A stretch of DNA of 49,031 nucleotides from Candidatus Limnocylindrales bacterium (GTDB lineage: Bacteria > Chloroflexota > Limnocylindria > Limnocylindrales > CSP1-4), in NCBI GenBank assembly GCA_036277775.1, contig DASUMJ010000217.1, forward strand, positions 1-49,031, written 5' to 3'. Position numbers and translations under genes: made by a program. How positions within the stretch are numbered: position 1 is the first letter of the stretch; every line of letters begins with the position of its first letter. The notes under the pieces are model-generated. The model saw only the letters and a program-made list of their open reading frames with translations, ran no database searches and was not told the origin of the DNA. Shown here piece by piece: positions 34,047 through 45,269 of this stretch.

Positions 34047-35257
34047 GCCGGCGCTCCCGGAGTGCCCGCCGGTTCATCGGGCGGCGGCACCGGTGCCGGA
34101 GCCTCCGCGACGACCTCGTCCGCTGCACGGGCCGCCCGGGCCGCCTGCGCGGCCCGCCGCCGGGCGATGAACCCGTTCCGGACCTCGCGGGCGTAGGTCG
34201 CGGCGCCGTGGGCGACCGTGACCGCCCCGACCGCACCGACGAGCCCGAGGCCGATCTGGTCCGCGGTCAGGTTCGGGACGAACGGGATCGTCGCCGGGAG
34301 CCGAGCGTAGGCCGGGCCCATCGAGTCCCAGAACCGGGGCATGACGCAGCCGACGCAGCCGTGGCCGGCCTTGATGTTCCAGCTCGTCTTCGACGCGTAC
34401 TGCGCGGTCGCGCAATTCGCGAACGTCTCGGGTCCCTTGCACCCGAGCTTGTAGAGGCACCAGCCCTTCTGGGCTCCCTCGTCGCCCCAGGCCAAGGCGA
34501 ACTCGCCGAACTCGTAGTGGGCCCGCCGTTCGCACTGGTTGTGGATCAGGTCGCCGTACGCGAAGTACGGCCGGCGGCGCCCGTCCGCGGGCGGCAGCTC
34601 GCCGAACGTGAGGTAGTGGACGATCGTCGCCACGAGGTTGTCGACGTTCATCGGGCTGCCGGGCAGGACGATGAGCCGGGACGTGTCGACGACGTCCGCG
34701 ACGCCGACGGACCGGGTCAGGTCGGGGCTCGCCGCGGCCGCGCCGCCGTCGAACGCGCACGACCCGACCGCGATCGTCGCGATCGCGCCGTCGGAGACCT
34801 CGCGGACGAGGTCGCGGAACGGGCGGCCGCCGATCGCGCAGGCCATCCCGTCCTCGGCCGTCGGGATGGCACCCTCGACGATCGCGAGGTAGCCGTTCGG
34901 GTGGCGCGTCATCGTCGTGGTCCGGGCGAGGGTCGCGGCTTCGCCGGATTCCGCCATGAGCGATTCGAGGTAGCCGACCGAGACGACCTCGAGCAGCAGT
35001 TCCCCGATCGTCGGCTTCGCCGCGGCGAGGAACGCCTCCATCTCGCCGCCGCAGCCCTGCCCCCGGAGCCAGATGACCGGGAAGCGCGGCGCGGCCTCGA
35101 CCGCGGCCGCGATCCGCGGGGCGTAGGTGGCCGGAAGCGCGAGCGCGGCCGCCATGGCGGCGCTGAACCGGAGGAACGCCCGGCGCGTCATCCCGTGGCG
35201 GACGAGCGCGGCATAGAGCCCGTCATCCGGCCTGGTCATCGGTTCCACGTCACTCAT
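34043..35257 (-). CDS. [NiFe]-hydrogenase small subunit, Tat-exported, with C-terminal membrane anchor
   Basis: The twin-arginine signal is '[20 protein letters not shown]'. Distal and medial cluster motifs are 'HNQC','[12 protein letters not shown]','ANC','GHGCVGC'. The C-terminal TM helix is '[19 protein letters not shown]'. An alternative start lies at 35239. Confidence 0.93.
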   Translation of the reverse strand: MSDVEPMTRPDDGLYAALVRHGMTRRAFLRFSAAMAAALALPATYAPRIAAAVEAAPRFPVIWLRGQGCGGEMEAFLAAAKPTIGELLLEVVSVGYLESLMAESGEAATLARTTTMTRHPNGYLAIVEGAIPTAEDGMACAIGGRPFRDLVREVSDGAIATIAVGSCAFDGGAAAASPDLTRSVGVADVVDTSRLIVLPGSPMNVDNLVATIVHYLTFGELPPADGRRRPYFAYGDLIHNQCERRAHYEFGEFALAWGDEGAQKGWCLYKLGCKGPETFANCATAQYASKTSWNIKAGHGCVGCVMPRFWDSMGPAYARLPATIPFVPNLTADQIGLGLVGAVGAVTVAHGAATYAREVRNGFIARRRAAQAARAARAADEVVAEAPAPVPPPDEPAGTPGAPA

Positions 35258-35528
35258 CGGTCGGCCGCCGTCGAGCCGGACCCGGAGGTGGGTCGCAGCA
35301 GTCGGGCCGGCAGCCCTTCCGTGGCTCGATGATGGGCGGCGGATCGGGCCCGGCCACGAGCCGTCGGTCCGCAACGACCGGGCCAAACGGCATCGAGCAG
35401 GTGGCCGAACGGCCGGGGCGGCCGGGCGCATGGGCGGCCCGGCGCCGCGGCCCCGCGGCGGCGCCCTCGCTTCATGGCGCCTAGACTCGGTTCGGCAGGT
35501 CCCCGGCCTCCATGACCAGGAGGATGAC

Positions 35529-37964
35529 GTGACGAAGACCCACGACGCGGTCGACGCAGCCGGAACAGCCGGCGCAGCCGGGACAGCCGGTGCAGCCGGT
35601 GCAGCCGGCCCCCTCTCCCCCGCCGAGCTCGACCGGATCGACGCCTGGTGGCGGGCCGCCAACTACCTGTCCGTCGGCCAGATCTACCTCCTCGACAACC
35701 CGCTCGTCCGGGAGCCGCTGCGCCCCGAGCACGTGAAGCCCCGGCTCCTTGGCCACTGGGGCACGACGCCGGGAATCAACTTCATCTACGCCCACATGAA
35801 TCGCGTGATCCGGAGCTGGGACCTCGATGCGATCTACGTCATCGGGCCCGGCCACGGGGGCCCGGCGACGGTCGCCAACGCGTACCTCGAGGGGACCTAC
35901 TCGGAGGTCTACCCGAGCATCACCCGCGACCTCGACGGCCTGCGGCGGCTCTTCCGCCAGTTCTCGTTCCCGGGCGGCATCCCGAGCCACGTCGCGCCCG
36001 AGACGCCCGGTTCCATCCACGAGGGCGGCGAGCTCGGGTATGCGCTGTCGCACGCCTACGGGGCCGCCTTCGACAACCCCGATCTCGTCGTCTGCTGCGT
36101 CGTCGGGGACGGCGAGGCGGAGACGGGTCCGCTCGCCACGAGCTGGCACTCGAACAAGTTCCTCAACCCGGTGACGGACGGCGCGGTCCTGCCGATCCTC
36201 CACCTGAACGGCTACAAGATCGCGAACCCGACGGTCCTCGCGCGGATCCCCGAGTCGGAGCTCCGGTCGCTCCTCGAGGGTTACGGACACCACCCGTACT
36301 TCGTGACCGGCGACGAGCCGGCGGTGGTCCACCAGCAGATGGCGGCGGTCATGGACACCGTCATCGAGGAGATCCACGCGATCCAGCGAGCGGCCCGCGA
36401 GGAGGGGGCGACCGCGCGACCGGCCTGGCCGATGATCGTCCTCCGGACGCCGAAGGGCTGGACCGGCCCGAAGGAGATCGACGGGAAGCCCGTCGAGGGG
36501 ACGTGGCGCTCCCACCAGGTCCCGATGGGCGAGGTCCGGACCAACGCCGCGAACCGCCAGGTCCTCGAGGACTGGCTCCGGAGCTACCACCCCGAGGAGC
36601 TGTTCGACGAGGCCGGGACGCTCGTGCCGGACCTGGCGTCGCTCCCGCCCCGCGCGCACCGGCGGATGAGCGCAAACCCGAACGCCAACGGCGGGCTCCT
36701 GCTTCGCGACCTCGCCATGCCCGACTTCCGGGACTACGCGGTCGACGTCCCAGCGCCGGGAACGACGACGAGCGAGGCGACGCGGGTCCTCGGCGGGTTC
36801 CTTCGCGACGTCATGCGGCGGAACAGCTCGAGCTTCCGGGTGTTCGGGCCGGACGAGACGGCCTCGAACCGGCTCGGCGCGCTGTTCGAGGCCACGGACA
36901 AGGCGTGGATGGCCGAGGTCCTGCCGACCGACGAAGGCCTGGCGCCCGACGGCCGGGTCATGGAGGTGCTCTCGGAGCACCAGTGCCAGGGCTGGCTGGA
37001 GGGCTACCTGCTCACCGGCCGGCACGGCCTCTTCAACTGCTACGAGGCCTTCATCCACATCATCGATTCGATGTTCAACCAGCATGCGAAGTGGCTGAAG
37101 GTGACGGCCGACATCCCGTGGCGCCGCCCGATCGCGTCGCTCAACTACGTCCTGAGCTCGCTCGTCTGGCGCCAGGACCACAACGGCTTCAGCCACCAGG
37201 ACCCAGGCTTCATCGACCACGTCGTGAACAAGAAGGCCGAGCACATCCGGGTCTACCTGCCGCCCGACGCGAACACCCTCCTGTCGGTCGGCGACCACTG
37301 CCTCCGGAGCCGCAACTACGTCAACGTGATCATCGCGGGGAAGCAGGCGGCACCGAACTGGCTGCCGATGGACCAGGCGATCCTCCACTGCTCGCGGGGC
37401 ATCGGGATCTGGGAGTTCGCGAGCAACGACGAGGGCGGCGAGCCGGACGTCGTCCTGGGCTGCGCGGGCGACATCCCGACCCTCGAGACGCTCGCCGCGG
37501 TCGACATCCTCCGGCGCGAGCTGCCCGAGCTGAAGGTCCGGGTCGTCAACGTCGTCGACCTCATGCGACTCCAACCGCCCTCGGAGCACCCGCACGGCCT
37601 GTCGGACGGCGAGTTCGACTCGCTGTTCACGACCGACAAGCCGATCGTGTTCGCCTACCACGGCTACCCGTGGCTGATCCACCGGCTCACGTATCGCCGC
37701 CGGAACCACGGCAACCTCCACGTCCGCGGGTACAAGGAGGAGGGCACGACGACGACCCCGTTCGACATGGTCATGCTCAACGACCTCGATCGGTTCCACC
37801 TCGTGCTCGACGTCATCGACCGGGTGCCGGGGCTCGCCGACCGGGCCGGCCGCCTCCGCCAGCGGATGGTCGACCGGCGGCTCGAATGCCGGGCGTATAC
37901 CCGCCTCGAGGGTGAGGACGCCCCGGAGATCAGAACATGGGCCTGGCCCGGCGACGGCCAATGA
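35529..37964 (+). CDS. xfp: Phosphoketolase (xylulose-5-P/fructose-6-P phosphoketolase)
   Basis: GTG 35529 lies 4 nt after AGGAGGA. It has '[15 protein letters not shown]', '[10 protein letters not shown]' and '[15 protein letters not shown]'. 811 aa. Confidence 0.95.
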   Translation: MTKTHDAVDAAGTAGAAGTAGAAGAAGPLSPAELDRIDAWWRAANYLSVGQIYLLDNPLVREPLRPEHVKPRLLGHWGTTPGINFIYAHMNRVIRSWDLDAIYVIGPGHGGPATVANAYLEGTYSEVYPSITRDLDGLRRLFRQFSFPGGIPSHVAPETPGSIHEGGELGYALSHAYGAAFDNPDLVVCCVVGDGEAETGPLATSWHSNKFLNPVTDGAVLPILHLNGYKIANPTVLARIPESELRSLLEGYGHHPYFVTGDEPAVVHQQMAAVMDTVIEEIHAIQRAAREEGATARPAWPMIVLRTPKGWTGPKEIDGKPVEGTWRSHQVPMGEVRTNAANRQVLEDWLRSYHPEELFDEAGTLVPDLASLPPRAHRRMSANPNANGGLLLRDLAMPDFRDYAVDVPAPGTTTSEATRVLGGFLRDVMRRNSSSFRVFGPDETASNRLGALFEATDKAWMAEVLPTDEGLAPDGRVMEVLSEHQCQGWLEGYLLTGRHGLFNCYEAFIHIIDSMFNQHAKWLKVTADIPWRRPIASLNYVLSSLVWRQDHNGFSHQDPGFIDHVVNKKAEHIRVYLPPDANTLLSVGDHCLRSRNYVNVIIAGKQAAPNWLPMDQAILHCSRGIGIWEFASNDEGGEPDVVLGCAGDIPTLETLAAVDILRRELPELKVRVVNVVDLMRLQPPSEHPHGLSDGEFDSLFTTDKPIVFAYHGYPWLIHRLTYRRRNHGNLHVRGYKEEGTTTTPFDMVMLNDLDRFHLVLDVIDRVPGLADRAGRLRQRMVDRRLECRAYTRLEGEDAPEIRTWAWPGDGQ

Positions 37965-39136
37965 GCGACGGCGACGGCTCGGCGCCGACCGGCCACGGGG
38001 TCGCGGGTCCGACCGGCGACGGGGCCGCGGGGCCGATCCTCGTCGTCAATGCCGGCTCGAGCAGCCTGAAGCTCCGGCTCCTCGACGCGCTCGACGCCGT
38101 CGTCGGCACGGCGGACCTGCCGGCACCGCGCGGCGCCGCCGACGCATCCGCGATCGCGGGTGCGATCGCCGGCTTCGGGGCGCCCGGGTCGATCCGCGCG
38201 GTCGGTCACCGGATCGTCCACGGCGGCACCCGGTACCGGACCGCGGTCCGCCTCGACGCCGAGGTGGAGGCCGGGATCCGGGCCCTCACGGACCTGGCGC
38301 CGCTCCACCAGCCGAAGTCGCTCGCCGCGCTCGCCGCGGTTCGCGCGGCGCTTCCAGAGACGCCGGCGGTCGCCTGCTTCGACACCGCGTTCCACGCGAC
38401 GATGCCGCCCGCCGCCACGACCTACGCGATCCCGCCGGAGTGGCGGAAGCGCTGGGCGCTCCGCAAGTACGGCTTCCACGGCCTGTCCCACGCGTACGCC
38501 TCCCGGCGGGCGGCGGCCATCGTCGGGCGGCCCCTCGAGGAGCTCCGGATCGTGACCTGCCACCTCGGGGCGGGCGCCTCGCTCGCGGCGGTCCAGGGCG
38601 GCCGCTCGGTCGACACGACGATGGGCTTCACGCCCCTCGACGGGCTCGTCATGGCGACCCGCTCCGGGACGATCGACCCGGGGCTCGTGCTGTGGCTGGC
38701 GTCGCACGTCGGCATGCCGCCCGAGGAGCTCGCGGCGACGCTCGAACATCGGTCCGGGCTGCTCGGGCTCGCCGGGACCGACGACATGCGCGAGATCCTC
38801 GCGGCCGAGGCGAGCGGCGACGAGGCCGCGGCGCTCGCGATCGCCGTCTACCTCCACCGCCTCACGGCCTCGATCGCGGCGATGGCGGCCGCGATGGACG
38901 GCCTCGACGTCATCGTGTTCACGGGCGGTGTCGGCGAGCGGTCGGCGCCGATCCGCGAGCGGGCTGCGGCCGGCCTCGGGTTCCTCGGCGTCGCCCTGGA
39001 CGCGGCGAAGAACACCGAGGTGGCGGGCGACGCCGAGATCGGGCGGGCCGGCGCCACGGTCCGTGCGGTCGTCGTCGTTGCCCGCGAGGACCTCGAGATC
39101 GCGCGCGAGGTCCGGGCGGTGCTCGACCCCGGCTGA
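37961..39136 (+). CDS. ackA: Acetate kinase
   Basis: The ATG overlaps the xfp stop (ATGA at 37961-37964). It has '[15 protein letters not shown]', 'HRIVHGG' and 'GFHGLSH'. Confidence 0.93.
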   Translation: MSDGDGSAPTGHGVAGPTGDGAAGPILVVNAGSSSLKLRLLDALDAVVGTADLPAPRGAADASAIAGAIAGFGAPGSIRAVGHRIVHGGTRYRTAVRLDAEVEAGIRALTDLAPLHQPKSLAALAAVRAALPETPAVACFDTAFHATMPPAATTYAIPPEWRKRWALRKYGFHGLSHAYASRRAAAIVGRPLEELRIVTCHLGAGASLAAVQGGRSVDTTMGFTPLDGLVMATRSGTIDPGLVLWLASHVGMPPEELAATLEHRSGLLGLAGTDDMREILAAEASGDEAAALAIAVYLHRLTASIAAMAAAMDGLDVIVFTGGVGERSAPIRERAAAGLGFLGVALDAAKNTEVAGDAEIGRAGATVRAVVVVAREDLEIAREVRAVLDPG

Positions 39137-39158
39137 GGCGGCGCTTCCCGCCAGTCGC

Positions 39159-39764
39159 TCAGTCGGGTGCCGGAGTCGTCGGGGGCGGCAGCCCGAGCCC
39201 GAGGCGGATGGCCGATCCCGCGGCGAACACGGTCGCGACCGCGTCCGCGAGGCGCGTGTCGATCGTCGGGTCGGGGTCCTGCGGATCGACGACGAGCTGC
39301 TCGTAGACCTCCTTGACCGTGGTCAGGGCCTCGATCATCGTGTCCCGGTGGACCGCGAGGTCGGCGGGCAGGTCGATCCGCCCGAGCGCCTCGATCGCGG
39401 CCGCATCAGCCTCGACGTAGAGCTGATAGGCCGCGCTCGCCTCCGCGTCGTTCGTCGCCGCACCCACCGCGGCGCTCGCCACCGCCTGGGCTGCCCCGAA
39501 GTCGGCGACGTACTCGAGGTACTGCTCGGCGAGCGCCTCGAGGTCCGGCGTGGGTTCAGGTGTCGGCGTGGGCGGAGCGGTCGGGGCGGCCGTCGGTGTC
39601 GCCATGGGCGTCGGGGTCGGCGTCGTCGCCGGCGCCTCGCTCGCGGCCCCGCCACAGCCAGCGAGGGCGATCGACAGGAGCAGCGTGGCTCCGGCGATCC
39701 GGGCGGCGCGCGTCGAACCCCGGCCCAGCGGCGAGCGACGGCGTTCCGGATGCGGTCGTGACAT
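39159..39764 (-). CDS. Hypothetical lipoprotein
   Basis: ATG 39764 follows an AGGAGGA RBS. It has the signal/lipobox 'LLLSIALAGC-GG' and a Thr/Pro-rich linker. No recognised family. Confidence 0.7.
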   Translation of the reverse strand: MSRPHPERRRSPLGRGSTRAARIAGATLLLSIALAGCGGAASEAPATTPTPTPMATPTAAPTAPPTPTPEPTPDLEALAEQYLEYVADFGAAQAVASAAVGAATNDAEASAAYQLYVEADAAAIEALGRIDLPADLAVHRDTMIEALTTVKEVYEQLVVDPQDPDPTIDTRLADAVATVFAAGSAIRLGLGLPPPTTPAPD

Positions 39765-39949
39765 GGAATCCTCCTGCCGGCGCCACGTCGGGTTCGGGGT
39801 CCGGGCGCGCGATGCGTCCATGGTCCGTTCCCTGCCGCGCCGCCCGCATGGGGTGGTTGCCCTAGATCGGGCGGTGAGCGCTCCTCATTCCGACGCCCGA
39901 GGGGCGGCGAATGTCGACATCGACGTCGAGCGCCATCGCCTCGGTGCGG

Positions 39950-42055
39950 CTACGGTGACGGCCAACCCTCGGCGATGAGGTTCGCGACGAGCGCCGTCCA
40001 GCCGGCCTGGGCGTCCGCGCCGAGGCCCTCACCCGTGTCGCCGTCGAAGTACTCGTGGAAGCGGCCGGTGGCCGCCCAGTCCGCCTCGACCATCGCCACG
40101 ACCCGTTCGCGGAGGTCGGCCGCGAGCGCCGGGTCGACCGCCTCCAGGGCGTGGACGAGGAGGTAGTTGATCGGCACCCAGACCGGGCCGCGCCAGTTCG
40201 AGTTCACGCCGCCGCTTCGGGCGTAGCCGGGCTCGTAGATGACGCTGAACGCCGAGGTCGACCGGACGCCGCCCTCGGACAGGAACTGCGCCGGGTCGCG
40301 CAGCGCGTCGACGACGGGCCCGAGGCGGTCCGCCGGGACGATCCCGGCGATGAGCGGGATGAGCCCCGTGTACGACTTCGTGGGGATGAAGCCCTGGCCG
40401 TCCTCGTCGATGTCGTAGTAGAAGCCGGAGCCCTCGTCCCAGAGGTGCGCGTTGACGGCCGCGGCGATCACCTCGATGTCCGCCTCGTACGCCGCCGCGG
40501 CGCCGTCGTCGCCGAGCGTTCGGGCGATGGCCGCGAGGTCGCGGGCGAAGAACGCCATCCAGGCGCTGGCATCGGCCTGGGCCCGGCCGTCGCCGCCCCG
40601 CGGCAGGTTGTCCATGCCGAGGAAGCCGCCGCTGAACAGTCCCGCGGGCTCGACCGCATTCGCGACCCACCAGTAGTCGTAGAGCGACCGCAGCCCCGGG
40701 TAGACGTCCCGGAGGAAGTCCGTCCCGGCCCCGGCGTCCGCGACCCGCCGCGCCGCCCAGGCGAAGACCGGCGGGCACTCGGTGGCCATGACCCACTCGG
40801 CGCATGGGAGGTGGCCATCGGGCTGCTGCCAGTCACCGGAGAAGAGGAACCGCAGCTGATCGGCGCCCAGCTGCGGGTCGACAAGCGCCGCGGTGACCGC
40901 GTGGAAGCCCGTATCCCAGGTCGCGAGCCACGGGAACTCCCACTTGTCCGGCAGGATCAGGACGTCGTCCGCGTCGACCTTCCCGGCCCAGCCCTCGTCG
41001 TACGACGACGTGCCGTCCCAGGTGTAGAGGGCCTGGCTCCAGAGGAGGCCCTCGAGGGCGGCACGGTAGAGGTCCTCGTGCGCGGTGACCTCGCCGCGGA
41101 AGAGGCCGTCCGCCTCGGTTCGTCGGAACCCGAGAATCGCGTCCGCGGCGCCGACGAGGCCACGGGCCCGGTCTTCGGCGGCGCCCGGATCGGCATCCTC
41201 GGCCCAGGCCAGCCGGATCGTGCCGGAGCCCGCCGCCGCGAGGTCGAGCCGGTACGCGAGCGCCCCGATGTGCCCCGGGCCCTCCCCGACGAGGGCGCCG
41301 TCGCGGAGGTTGCCGTCGATCGCCCGCTTCTCGGCGCTGACCTGGGCGCTCGCCGGCGCGGGTCCGACGATGGCCACGCTCGTGGCGCTGCCGCGGAGGA
41401 GGAGGCCGCCGTCGTCGAGGAGCTCGACCCGGAGCGCCGGATCGTGGAACCAGCCCTTGAGGACCACGTGGAGCTCGGCCGTGCCGTCGCCGGTGTTCGT
41501 CGCGGTGGCCCGCAGGATGCCGGACGTGTCGTCGACGCGCGCGCTCTCGAAGTCGATGTCGAAGACCGGGTCCTGGTTCGGGTAGCGGAGCTCGGCGCTC
41601 GTGTAGCTCGAGGTCGGCGTGTTTGCCCCGAACGTCCGGAGATCGACGATCGCCTCGCCGTGCTCCCCGACCGGGTTGCTCCAGCCGAAGAGGCGCTCGA
41701 TGACCCGGACCCCCTTGCCGTCCCAGACCGCCCAGCCGAGGTTGAACGCCCCGTCCCGCGTCGTGAGGCCGGCGATGCCGTCCTCGCCCGTGGCGTATTC
41801 CCGGCGGATCGCGTCGAGGTAGTCGAGGCCCCAGCCGTCGCCCCCGATCGCCTCGCGCGGTGTGCCCCACTGGCGTTCGGGGAGATACGTCCCCCAGCGC
41901 GCGTCGAGCTCGTTCCAAGCCGCCAGGTCGCGGAGCGGGTCGTTCGCCAGCCGCTGCCAGAAGACCCCGGCCGCCACCATGAGGACGGCGACCGCCGCCA
42001 GGATCGTGAGGAAGAGGCGGGTGGTCGGGCGGGCGGGATTCTCTGTCGACGTCAT
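39950..42055 (-). CDS. GH63-like (alpha/alpha)6-barrel glycoside hydrolase (YgjK / MGH1-like glucosidase) with N-terminal TM anchor
   Basis: 701 aa. It has 'WEFPWLATWDTGFH', 'QPDGHLPCAEW', 'GMDNLPRGG', 'GGVRSTS' and 'NWRGPVWVPINYLLVHAL'. The N-terminal TM helix is 'LFLTILAAVAVLMVAAGVF'. Confidence 0.8.
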   Translation of the reverse strand: MTSTENPARPTTRLFLTILAAVAVLMVAAGVFWQRLANDPLRDLAAWNELDARWGTYLPERQWGTPREAIGGDGWGLDYLDAIRREYATGEDGIAGLTTRDGAFNLGWAVWDGKGVRVIERLFGWSNPVGEHGEAIVDLRTFGANTPTSSYTSAELRYPNQDPVFDIDFESARVDDTSGILRATATNTGDGTAELHVVLKGWFHDPALRVELLDDGGLLLRGSATSVAIVGPAPASAQVSAEKRAIDGNLRDGALVGEGPGHIGALAYRLDLAAAGSGTIRLAWAEDADPGAAEDRARGLVGAADAILGFRRTEADGLFRGEVTAHEDLYRAALEGLLWSQALYTWDGTSSYDEGWAGKVDADDVLILPDKWEFPWLATWDTGFHAVTAALVDPQLGADQLRFLFSGDWQQPDGHLPCAEWVMATECPPVFAWAARRVADAGAGTDFLRDVYPGLRSLYDYWWVANAVEPAGLFSGGFLGMDNLPRGGDGRAQADASAWMAFFARDLAAIARTLGDDGAAAAYEADIEVIAAAVNAHLWDEGSGFYYDIDEDGQGFIPTKSYTGLIPLIAGIVPADRLGPVVDALRDPAQFLSEGGVRSTSAFSVIYEPGYARSGGVNSNWRGPVWVPINYLLVHALEAVDPALAADLRERVVAMVEADWAATGRFHEYFDGDTGEGLGADAQAGWTALVANLIAEGWPSP

Positions 42056-42068
42056 CGGCGGGCCGGGG

Positions 42069-42644
<576 letters not shown>

Positions 42645-42994
42645 GCGGTCCCTCCCTGGCGGCTGATGGTAGCCGACGTCCCCGCCACGCTCATTGCGGC
42701 AGATCGGGGACCCGGTCGACCGACGAGCGGCGGGGACGTCAGACTCGCTCGTCCGCCGGCGAGGCGCCGGCGTTGCGCGAGTGCGGCACCACGAATCTCA
42801 GCCGATCACGGTGCTCGCCCGTGCCTGGGATTCCTGAGGCGGGATCACCGAGATGACGAGCACGGCAATCGCCGCGAGGTCACTGCTCGAGCGCCCTGAT
42901 GTAGAGGTCGATGAGGGGCGCGAGCCAGTCGACGAAGGAGTCGACGAAGGAGTCGATGCCACGACCGGTAGGTCGACGGCCCTTCCGCAGACGC

Positions 42995-43024
42995 GCGAGA
43001 GGGCCGGCCCGCCGGCCCTCTCGC
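42995..43024 (-). terminator. GC-rich hairpin (putative terminator) after the small secreted-protein gene
   Basis: GCGAGAGGGCCGG-cccg-CCGGCCCTCTCGC forms a perfect 13-bp stem, 20 nt downstream of the stop at 43044. There is no clear U-tract. Confidence 0.55.
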
Positions 43025-43043
43025 CTGTTCGACCGTCGGGCGG

Positions 43044-43337
43044 TCAGTCGCCGTGGACCTGGCCACCGGGATTCGGGACGGCTGGGCACGGCAGGGCCGC
43101 ACCGGGGCGGAACGCCACGACCCCGTTCGACGCGTCGTCGACGATGGCGGGCGAGGCGGCATGGCAATGGGCCTGGGCCCAGGGGTTCGAAATGGGGCCC
43201 GCGACGACGGGTGCGTCCATCGACGGCGGCTGGACGACCTGGGAGTGGGCCAGGGTCGAGCCGGCGAGGGCGATCAGGAGGAGCGAGGCGCCGGCCGTGG
43301 CGGCGAGGACGCGGCGGATGGTGCTCGAGGGACGCAT
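43044..43337 (-). CDS. Small secreted hypothetical protein
   Basis: AAAGGAG lies 6 nt before the ATG. The signal peptide is 'LAATAGASLLLIALAGSTLAHS'. The mature ~70 aa contain 'HCH' and a second Cys. Confidence 0.7.
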   Translation of the reverse strand: MRPSSTIRRVLAATAGASLLLIALAGSTLAHSQVVQPPSMDAPVVAGPISNPWAQAHCHAASPAIVDDASNGVVAFRPGAALPCPAVPNPGGQVHGD

Positions 43338-43349
43338 GGGTAGCTCCTT

Positions 43350-43868
43350 TCAGACGAGGGTTGAGGCGGGACGCGCCGACGCGACGCGGCTGGTGAGGGC
43401 CACGCCGTTCGGCCGCAGCAGGGCCAGGTAGATCGGGCATCGCGCGCGCCACGCGGCGAGCATCGATTCGACGTCCTCCGCCGGGTCTGGCGAGTGGATC
43501 TCGATGTCGAGCTCGAGGGAGGTCAGCTCAGCCGATGTGTCGTCGATCCCGAGGAGCCCGCGCGCGTCCGACGCGCAGCGGGCCGTCGCGGTTACGGCGT
43601 CCACCCGAACGCCGAACTGGGGGGCAAGCGTGTCGCTGAGGAATGCCACGGCGCAGCCGGCCAGGGCACCGAGGAGGTAGGCCGTGGGGCTTGGAGCAAG
43701 GTTGCCGCCGCCCAGCGAGGCGGGCAGGTCGGCGTCCCAGTTGAAGGCGCCGGCCGAGAGGCGGGCGTGGCCGTTGACGAGGGTGGCCGTGACAGTAGGA
43801 GTCGAGCGGGCGGCGGACGGATCCCCGCGGAATCGCTCGAGTGTGTCGGCGATCGCCGGACTGAGCAT
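43350..43868 (-). CDS. OsmC family protein (peroxiredoxin-like)
   Basis: Trimmed to ATG 43868 (GAAGGAG RBS). It has 'GGGNLAPSPTAYLLGALAGCAV' and 'ARCPIY', the conserved Cys contexts of OsmC/Ohr. Confidence 0.82.
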   Translation of the reverse strand: MLSPAIADTLERFRGDPSAARSTPTVTATLVNGHARLSAGAFNWDADLPASLGGGNLAPSPTAYLLGALAGCAVAFLSDTLAPQFGVRVDAVTATARCASDARGLLGIDDTSAELTSLELDIEIHSPDPAEDVESMLAAWRARCPIYLALLRPNGVALTSRVASARPASTLV

Positions 43869-44008
43869 CGGCGCTCCTTCGCGCTGGTCCGCGACGTGCG
43901 GGATGCGCCGAACGCTACGCGCGGGCAGCGCGTCGGCGGAACCGCGCCACCACGCAGTCGCCACGACGCCCGACCCGCCGGATGGCGGGATGCACGCAAC
44001 GGCCCTTG

Positions 44009-45118
44009 TCAGGCCAGCCCGCGCCGGATCACCTCCGCGACCGCGCCGGCGCGAGCCGCCTTGCCGGAGGTCCCGAGCTTGCCGTAGGCGTTCGAAAGGT
44101 GGCGTTCGACGGTCCGGATGCTCAGCCCCAGCGAGGCGGCAATCTCGGCGTTCGCGAGACCCTTGGCGGCCGCGCGGATGACATCCAGCTCGCGTGGCGA
44201 GAGCGACTCGACTCCCGGCTCGCCGGAGTCGGCGAGCGTCCGTCGATCTGGCTCCAGGAAGGCCGTCATCTCGGCCATGAAGACCGGCCAGGCGGGCTCG
44301 TCGGCGAGGAGGATGTGGTTCCGGCTCTCGAGGGGCACCATGCGAGCGTTCGAGATTCGCGATGCTGCCGCCACCGCAGCCGTGAACGGGGTTGCCCGCT
44401 CGCCGACGGCATGGAGGATGAGCGTCGGCGCCTCGATCTTCGGCAGCTCGTCCCAGACGTCGGTCTGCTGTCGCGCGATCCGCGCGCTGACGGCGTTCTC
44501 CGGCGAGGTCGACATTCGCTGGAGGGCGTCGAACCACTGCATCTGCGGCTCGTCGGCGTCAGGAATGTAGATCGAGGTGAAGACGCGGCGGAAGATCGGG
44601 TCCTCCTTGGCCCAGCCCACTCGGATCATGCTCCGGTAGGTCTCCTCCTCGGGGAGCGCCTCGGGGTCGAACGTTCGAAGTCGGCCCGATCCCGAGCCGT
44701 AGAGCGCCAGCCGGGTCACGCGATCCGGATTCCGAGCCGCGTAGGCCAGCGCCACGACCGAGCCACCGGACATGCCCAGGAGCGCGAACCGCTCCAAACC
44801 CGCGCTCTCGATCACCGCCTCCAGGTCGCGGAGGCGCGGCTCGAGCGAGAAGTCGGCGACCGCCCAGTCCGACATCCCGAAGCCGCGCTCGTCGTAACGC
44901 ACGAGCGTGGAGATCGCGCCCAGGTCATCGAGGAAGTGGCGCCAGACGGGGCTCTGCCAATCGTGCTGGAGGTGGCTCAGCCAGCAGGAGACCACGACGA
45001 GTGGCGGTCCGCTGCCGTGCGCCGACCAGGCGATCCGGACGCCGTCGTCGCTCGCGGCGAACCGAACCTGCTGGCCGGGGTCGGTGCGAGGGTGCCTGGA
45101 CGGACGCGCGACGACCAT
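44009..45118 (-). CDS. Alpha/beta hydrolase domain fused to a LuxR-type C-terminal HTH
   Basis: Trimmed to ATG 45118. The hydrolase part has 'PPLVVV', '[10 protein letters not shown]' and the nucleophile elbow 'LLGMSGGS'. The C-terminal part has '[44 protein letters not shown]'. Confidence 0.85.
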   Translation of the reverse strand: MVVARPSRHPRTDPGQQVRFAASDDGVRIAWSAHGSGPPLVVVSCWLSHLQHDWQSPVWRHFLDDLGAISTLVRYDERGFGMSDWAVADFSLEPRLRDLEAVIESAGLERFALLGMSGGSVVALAYAARNPDRVTRLALYGSGSGRLRTFDPEALPEEETYRSMIRVGWAKEDPIFRRVFTSIYIPDADEPQMQWFDALQRMSTSPENAVSARIARQQTDVWDELPKIEAPTLILHAVGERATPFTAAVAAASRISNARMVPLESRNHILLADEPAWPVFMAEMTAFLEPDRRTLADSGEPGVESLSPRELDVIRAAAKGLANAEIAASLGLSIRTVERHLSNAYGKLGTSGKAARAGAVAEVIRRGLA

Positions 45119-45269
45119 GGTCGGCCCATCGTACCGGCCGGCGTCCAGCGACGGGCTTTCGCGGCATCGGGATCTGTCGCGGCCGCGGCGCGCGGAGGGT
45201 CCCGCACACCGAGACGGCAGATCCACCACGCGCAACCCCCGGGTGCGGGCTCGGACGGCTGCCGCCACC

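Noticed and set aside
35481-37961. 826-aa minus-strand ORF and 755-aa plus-frame ORF (35648-37915) over phosphoketolase
   Set aside because: The xfp frame has unmistakable phosphoketolase motifs. The others are low-complexity Arg/Pro/Gly.
42928-42960. 12-bp tandem repeat GTCGACGAAGGA x about 2.7 in the 400-bp non-coding stretch
   Set aside because: It has only two full copies and no spacer structure, so it is not CRISPR-like. No supported ORF or promoter context is present, and the local 'IDSFVDSFVDW' reading frame has no start codon.
45119-45269. Cobalamin riboswitch upstream of the MttB homolog; TPP riboswitch near 2140-2178
   Set aside because: I could not find the conserved B12-box or the CTGAGA/ACCCTT-type TPP cores by eye. 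The regions are short. This would need an Infernal scan to exclude formally.
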